A stretch of DNA of 64,000 bases from an uncultured bacterium (lineage in GTDB: Bacteria; Chloroflexota; UBA5177; JANWHV01). Below, in pieces: positions 58,670-64,000 of this stretch. The stretch spans positions 192,001 to 256,000 of the forward strand of contig CAVSOU010000017.1 in NCBI GenBank assembly GCA_963729625.1, given 5' to 3'. The position numbers and the translations under genes are program-made. Below the pieces are notes generated by a model. The model searched no databases, had not been told where the DNA came from, and worked only from the letters and a program-made list of their open reading frames with translations. Numbering within the stretch: position 1 is the stretch's first letter; the number at the start of each line of letters is the position of its first letter.

Positions 58670-61600
58670 TCCGCTGCCTCCTCGCCGACATCGGGCTCCC
58701 GTTCATCAACGAGGCTCCACGCACGAGTTTCGTCCAGGTTTCCTTCTCTGAGGATGAGACCGACTTCCGGCTCGACATCGCGGACGGAGTTGAGACAGGT
58801 AAATGGCGGCCAGCTGCCCAGCTCCGGCTGCGACAAGAGGCCGACGGTCACTCCATCCTGTTTCGGCCGATAACCCAGACGCTTTCCGCCCGTCGTATCC
58901 GCGGCGCGAGCGATCCACGTTCGGACCAGATCGCGGAGATCGTGCTCAACGCGAGCCCTTGCCAGGCCACCGTCCACAGCCTCAGCGCGAGCACCAACCG
59001 CTGCGATTGCTCGCTCAAACAGCACATGCTCGCCGGTGAATGCCGCCGCCCCGTCGTTTGCCGCGAAATCTGGCAGGCTGAGCCGTACAAGGGCAACCAG
59101 CACCGATGCCAGGCCGCGGTCCAGCGCCCGGGCGGCGAAGGGAGTGACCGACAGCGCCTCGACATGCCGATAAAACGTGGCATGAAAATGCTCGAAGTGC
59201 TCGTAGTGCGAGAGGTCGCGTGGTCTTGCCCAATTGAAGACGGTGCACACAAGCCCAGGAAAGCTGCGTCCCACACGGCTAGTGGCCTGAATGTATTCCG
59301 CCGTGCTCTTCGGCTGACCCGCCACTACCATCAGGCCCAGCCGCTTGACGTCGACGCCGACCGACACCATGTTGGTGGCCAGCAACACGTCCAGGGGGGA
59401 TTGCGTCGCCGACTTCGAGCCGAGCGCGCTCGCTTTCCCACCCGCGGATCCATCTTTCGCCGAGCCGAAGCGCACTTCCAGCCGATCGAGCAGACGCGGA
59501 ATGTCGGCCGCGCTCTTGCGTGAAGTCAGCTCTTCGAGCCTCGGCGTGCCGCGTTTGGCCAGGCCATGCAGGTCCATGCGCTGCAGGCGCGAGCGTACAT
59601 CGTCCTCGACCAGCCGTCGCATGCCTCCCAGCTCCCGCATGGAGTTGAAGTAACCCACCAGCGTCATCCAGGGGTCCGTGGCCACATCATATTTCACATA
59701 CAGCTGCTGGGCAGCCGCGAGATAGGCTACGTAGACCCGAATGAGGGCGGCTTTGAGGCGCCGGCCCGGCGCGCATATGCCCAGGTAGCGGCGGCCGGGG
59801 CGCGTGTCGTCAGGCTGGACCTGCCGGGAGAAGAAGTTGTCGCTCGCGTCAAGTCCCTGTGGCGGGAACACCTGCACGCGCCGCAAGAACAATGAACCCA
59901 TCTGCTCGCCTGCCCGCCGGATAGTGGCGGTGGAGGCGATGACCTTCGGTCGCACAATCCGGCCATCCACACTCCAGGTGGAGAGCTGATCCACCGCTGT
60001 CTCGTACAGACCGACCAGAGCGCCGAGAGGTCCATTGATCAGGTGAAGCTCGTCCTGAATGATCAGGTCCGGCGGACGCAACTGCGGGTGCGGGATGGTG
60101 CGCACCGCTGAGAGCTGATTGTATTTAGGATGGGAGTCGGAATCGGGCAGGTCCGGCGAGCGGAAACCGTGCCGTGGGCACATGCCTGTAACGCGGCCAA
60201 AGAGCATCTGCGTGGCGCCGCGCCAGGGCATCTGGGCGAACTTGTCAACCGTAGCAATGAGCAGTGCCGGCAGCAGGCGATAGATTTCTTCGTCCACCAG
60301 CAGCACTGGCAGTCCTTCGCCCTTTGCCTGGTAGCGGGAGAACAGGCACTCGCCCATGACCTGGCCGCAGTAGATGAGCGTGCGACCGCGGCCGGCTTTC
60401 AACGTCTCGACGTCGATATCCTTTCCCTGGTCGATAGGGCTTCCACACCAGGGGCAATAGGTTAGCTGTGCAGGCGAGCCGCTCCCACCGCCGCCAAACT
60501 GACCGTGCGACTGTTTGATTGCTTCGTTACTCTGGTCCGTGGTATTGGGAGTGGTGCGTTGGCCAACCCAAAGCCCGATACGAAACGGCACCGTGCCCCA
60601 GCGGCCATCCCCCCGATCGAGAGCCGCGCGCCGAAGGTGCTCGCAGGCGCAGATCAGCGTCGCGGCGCGCTGGAACTGCTGGAGCGTGAGCAGGCGCAGG
60701 GTGTAGCGCATGAGCACCGCCACTCCATGCTCCCCGTCGTACCCGGCGACCGTTCCTTGCAGGCGCCGCATCGCCAGCGTATAGGCGGTGAGACCAAGGT
60801 ACGCCTCCGTCTTGCCGCCGCCGGTGGGGAACCACAAGAGGTCGGCCGTGGCCTCGGCACCTCCCGTGCGCTCGCTGTGCCCGAGATCGGTGAGGCCAGG
60901 CAGGTTCAGCAAGATGAAGGCCAGCTGGAACGGGCGCCAGCTGCGGTTCTCCGGCACGTCGAGGCTTTCAAGACTCGGCTTTTCGCCGCGCCGAACGGCA
61001 TCCGCCAGCAAGGTGTGAACGCGCTGCTGCCACATCGCGCGGTTCATGAACTGAAAGGCAGACGTCGCATTCCCGTCCCTGCCGAGCAGCTCGACGCCGG
61101 CGCCGATCCGCGTGCAGGCCGCGCTGCAGCGGTCCAGTACCTCCAAGGGCACGCTGCCAAAGGCCGTCAGCCCGCGGCCCGGGTCCGCCATCTCACTGCG
61201 TCGCTGCTCGATCCACGTGGCGTAGGCGCGCGGCAACTCGCGCAAGGTAGCCTGCAGCGCCTCGAGGGGCAGCTCCGCCAACACCTTCATGTCCAACGTC
61301 AGGTCAGCTAGCGCGGGTATCTCCGCGGCCGTAGGCGCCACCGTCTGGGGCAGGTCGTAGCTGGGCACGACCTGCGTGCCGACGCGTAGCGCACGCCCTG
61401 CATGGTCAGGGTCGGGCGTCACCTCCACGGAAACGCCGTGACCCACGGCGTACTCGCTGTGGCTGCGGTAGAGCATGGCCAATGCCAGCTCTTCGGCCCG
61501 CTCGTCCGGCTTGCCGTGGGCCAATTGCTCGGGACGCAACCGCGAGACGAAGATTGGGGCGCCGTCCGGGGATTCGGCCACGATCTCAGCCTGGAAGAGC

Positions 61601-62232
61601 CAGGCACTGTCTTTGCTACGCCTGCGCGCCGGCTGGCTATTCACCAGGAAGATCGAGATCACCCAGTTCTGATCGATCTGGCGAACGATACCCTCGAGCC
61701 GCACGCCCCTTTCTTCCGGATCGATCTCCAGCCCAATCTTCCGCTTTCGCACTTCGAGCGTCTCCACAACCTCGACCGGCGCGCGCTTCCACACGTGCTT
61801 GGGCGCGCCTTTGTCCGTCGAAGCTGTCTCGCTGGGTGCGCGTTCGTACCGTCCCCAGCGGCACGTAACGCGCAACTCAGCCGTTTCCGGGGCCACGGCG
61901 AAGGTCAGGCCGATGGAGGACGGTGCGTAGGACTGCGTAACCGGCGTGTCGACATCTGTGGGTCCATCCTCGGGCGCTCCAGCGCCACCCTCGGCATGGT
62001 CGTCGTCATCGGACGCCTGGACCTCGCTGTTCCTGGGCGCCAGCATGCCCACGAGGTAGCGGTCGCGCAGAGATCGGTCGTCGACTTCCTCTTGAGGCCC
62101 GCCTGCCGGGCCCAGAAGATCCAGGAGGACAGCGCGCTGCAGCTCGTCGCGAATGGCGGCTGGACATGGGATGCCCAGTTGCGTTCTGCTCTCGGGCACG
62201 TCGGTAGTACCTAGAGATCCCATAACGTCCAA
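58666..62232 (-). CDS. drmA: DISARM helicase DrmA
   Basis: YLVGMLAP N-terminus, WFPTGGGKTEAY, RYTLRLLTLQQFQRA, ATVDKFA, IQDELHL, ASTAT, ATNMVSVGVDV and YIQATSRVGR. 1188 aa. Confidence 0.93.
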   Translation of the reverse strand: MDVMGSLGTTDVPESRTQLGIPCPAAIRDELQRAVLLDLLGPAGGPQEEVDDRSLRDRYLVGMLAPRNSEVQASDDDDHAEGGAGAPEDGPTDVDTPVTQSYAPSSIGLTFAVAPETAELRVTCRWGRYERAPSETASTDKGAPKHVWKRAPVEVVETLEVRKRKIGLEIDPEERGVRLEGIVRQIDQNWVISIFLVNSQPARRRSKDSAWLFQAEIVAESPDGAPIFVSRLRPEQLAHGKPDERAEELALAMLYRSHSEYAVGHGVSVEVTPDPDHAGRALRVGTQVVPSYDLPQTVAPTAAEIPALADLTLDMKVLAELPLEALQATLRELPRAYATWIEQRRSEMADPGRGLTAFGSVPLEVLDRCSAACTRIGAGVELLGRDGNATSAFQFMNRAMWQQRVHTLLADAVRRGEKPSLESLDVPENRSWRPFQLAFILLNLPGLTDLGHSERTGGAEATADLLWFPTGGGKTEAYLGLTAYTLAMRRLQGTVAGYDGEHGVAVLMRYTLRLLTLQQFQRAATLICACEHLRRAALDRGDGRWGTVPFRIGLWVGQRTTPNTTDQSNEAIKQSHGQFGGGGSGSPAQLTYCPWCGSPIDQGKDIDVETLKAGRGRTLIYCGQVMGECLFSRYQAKGEGLPVLLVDEEIYRLLPALLIATVDKFAQMPWRGATQMLFGRVTGMCPRHGFRSPDLPDSDSHPKYNQLSAVRTIPHPQLRPPDLIIQDELHLINGPLGALVGLYETAVDQLSTWSVDGRIVRPKVIASTATIRRAGEQMGSLFLRRVQVFPPQGLDASDNFFSRQVQPDDTRPGRRYLGICAPGRRLKAALIRVYVAYLAAAQQLYVKYDVATDPWMTLVGYFNSMRELGGMRRLVEDDVRSRLQRMDLHGLAKRGTPRLEELTSRKSAADIPRLLDRLEVRFGSAKDGSAGGKASALGSKSATQSPLDVLLATNMVSVGVDVKRLGLMVVAGQPKSTAEYIQATSRVGRSFPGLVCTVFNWARPRDLSHYEHFEHFHATFYRHVEALSVTPFAARALDRGLASVLVALVRLSLPDFAANDGAAAFTGEHVLFERAIAAVGARAEAVDGGLARARVEHDLRDLVRTWIARAADTTGGKRLGYRPKQDGVTVGLLSQPELGSWPPFTCLNSVRDVEPEVGLILREGNLDETRAWSLVDEREPDVGEEAAE

Positions 62233-62566
62233 TCAAAAGACTGCAGCAGAGGTGAAGCACCCTCTCCAGGCACAACAACGAGCAGGGGCCTCTTGGGCCG
62301 GCGATACGCTGCCGGCCTGCGATGCCACAGTAACCTTAACCCCCGGGTGCTCGTCGCTACAAGCATGTCGAGACGTTGCGGAACGGCGCCCTGCAACCAC
62401 GGGTTGTACGAAGACGTTGCGTTCATGGCGGCTGGTGCTGCCCATGCGGGCTGGCCGTTTCCGCGCCGACCGTTCGTGGCCTGGCGGCCGGTCAGACGTC
62501 GCGACAAGCCGAACAGGGACGAATGGCACTCTCGCCTGACAAGCACACGATGTACCATGGACTGAC

Positions 62567-62788
62567 ATGCCAAGAAAGAAGCGCCAAATTCGCAGCGACT
62601 ACCGGGCAGCTGGCTTCATCGAACGACGGGGAAAGGGCGACCATACCGTGTTCTCCTATCCTGGACTGCCCAAGCATTTCGCAGTGGATGGCTCGGACGG
62701 TGCGGACGCCAAGCCGTATGATGAGCGAGATCTGCGTGCGGCCCTGCGAGCACGTGCTGAAGTAATCGCACGGAGGAATCAGGAATGA
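62567..62788 (+). CDS. hicA: HicA-family toxin
   Basis: 73 aa, basic. GF...GKGDH (catalytic His) and DAKPY motifs. Confidence 0.85.
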   Translation: MPRKKRQIRSDYRAAGFIERRGKGDHTVFSYPGLPKHFAVDGSDGADAKPYDERDLRAALRARAEVIARRNQE

Positions 62789-63012
62789 ACGTGGAGTCAC
62801 GCTATTCGATCCTGATCGAATGGAGTTCGGAGGATCAAGCGTTCGTGGTGATCCTCCCCGAATGGGCTGACCGCTATCAGATGCCGGTGGCCGATGGGGC
62901 GACGTACGAAGAAGCACTGGCTCGCGGTCGGAATGCCCTGGAGAACTACATACAGTTTGCTCTTGAGGACAACATCCCTCTGCCCTCACCGCGCGAATTC
63001 GTCGCAGCCTAA
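62785..63012 (+). CDS. hicB: HicB-family antitoxin (short, no DNA-binding domain)
   Basis: YSILIEWSSEDQAFVVILPEW...DGATYEEAL...PLP. ATGA overlap with hicA. Confidence 0.88.
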   Translation: MNVESRYSILIEWSSEDQAFVVILPEWADRYQMPVADGATYEEALARGRNALENYIQFALEDNIPLPSPREFVAA

Positions 63013-63337
63013 TCCGCGGCCCGCCCGGCCATTGCCAAATCGCCAGGGCGCACGCACTCCCTTACGTGCCACTGCCGGAATCGCCGACAGTGTCGGCGCA
63101 CAGGCAACTCGCGCCGATCGTTGGCGCCACGACAGATATCGCAACGCCCTGGCGCGAAGGCTCCATCGGTCCATGCACGTACCCGCCCAGCCACCCTGGC
63201 GGGGCCGTCTCCAACGGGCTACAATGGGCAGGGCCGCCAAGGTTGACGACGCTGTCTCGCCCGCCACGTCCTACGCACCAGTTTGTCGCAGGCAGCGTTG
63301 TGCCTGAGTTGCGTGGCCAGGTGTGAAAGGACACTGT

Positions 63338-64000
63338 GTGGCCCTCGCAACCGTGCCCGCGCCGGGCCAGCTGGTCGATGTTCGCCAGCGGCGCTTCGTC
63401 GTCACCGACGTCTCGGCGTCGCCACTCGGACGAAGCCGCGATGCGCATCCCGGTCACGATCTGCAGCACGTCGTCTCCCTCTCGTCCATCGAAGACGACG
63501 CGCAGGGCTCCGAACAGCTTCGCGTGATCTGGGAGATCGAGCCCGGCGTCCACGTGCGTGAGACAGCCGAATTGCCCTCGCCCGAGCACGGCTTCGACGA
63601 TCCAAGCCGGCTCGACGCCTTCCTCGACGCCGTACGCTGGGGCGCCATCGCCTCTGTAGACACGTCAACCCTGCAGGCGCCGTTCCGCAGCGGCATCGAG
63701 ATCGAGGACTACCAGCTCGATCCGGTTGTGCGGGCCATCGGCATGCCGCGCGTCAATCTGCTGATCGCCGACGACGTGGGTCTGGGCAAGACGATCGAGG
63801 CCGGCCTGGTGGCGCACGAGCTGCTCCTGCGCTACCGTGCCCGCTCGATCATGGTTGTATGCCCGTCTGCCATCCAGATCCAGTGGCGCGACCAGATGCT
63901 GGCCAAGTTCGGTCTGGAGTTTCGCATCGTCGACAGCGAGCTGATGGCTCACCTGCGCCGCACGCGTGGCCTACATGTGAATCCCTGGCAGCATTTCCCT
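63338..64000 (+). CDS. drmD: DISARM SNF2-like helicase DrmD (5' part, runs off the window; absent from the ORF track)
   Basis: Manual translation from GTG 63338: MALATVPAPGQLVDVRQRRFVV...VIWEIEPG...LDAFLDAVRWG...LQAPFRSGIEIEDYQLDPVVRAI.MPRVNLLIADDVGLGKTIEAG...NPWQHFP. Confidence 0.9.
   Translation, partial: MALATVPAPGQLVDVRQRRFVVTDVSASPLGRSRDAHPGHDLQHVVSLSSIEDDAQGSEQLRVIWEIEPGVHVRETAELPSPEHGFDDPSRLDAFLDAVRWGAIASVDTSTLQAPFRSGIEIEDYQLDPVVRAIGMPRVNLLIADDVGLGKTIEAGLVAHELLLRYRARSIMVVCPSAIQIQWRDQMLAKFGLEFRIVDSELMAHLRRTRGLHVNPWQHFP

Noticed and set aside
1-64000. CRISPR array, rRNA, tRNA, integrase or transposase
   Set aside because: No regularly spaced repeat-spacer pattern, no recognisable stable-RNA signatures, and no DDE, tyrosine or serine recombinase motifs were seen by eye.

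Overview
GC-rich bacterial chromosomal window. The gene repertoire suggests a Chloroflexota-like soil lineage, which is inference only. It has five blocks. (1) 0.4-3 kb: a tandem-duplicated secreted protein and a MntA/HepT toxin-antitoxin remnant. (2) 3-13.7 kb: a carbohydrate locus with an IclR regulator fused to a sugar-binding domain, a GH172 hydrolase, a family-5 ABC importer and a KdaD-like dehydratase. (3) 14-27.5 kb: mixed genes (orphan RiPP-type PIMT, LysR, GAF-GGDEF-EAL, kbl and tdh split by an FAD oxidase). (4) 27.7-46.3 kb: a probable LacI regulon marked by a recurring TGCTAACGTTAGCA operator (DegT aminotransferase, two ABC systems, PfkB, two Gfo/Idh/MocA, two TIM-barrel enzymes), followed by a Fur/Zur-regulated metal ABC operon and a secreted metalloprotease. 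(5) 53.4-64 kb: a defence island. The most notable feature is a rearranged DISARM class I locus in this island: drmA-drmB are followed by a NurA-like nuclease and a HerA-like ATPase where the PLD nuclease drmC normally sits, and drmD is transcribed divergently with a HicAB module between the two halves. About 7 frameshifts at 37.3-41.4 kb, mostly +1, look like sequencing error. No rRNA, tRNA, CRISPR array or transposase was recognised. All family assignments come from motif recognition by eye, not database searches.
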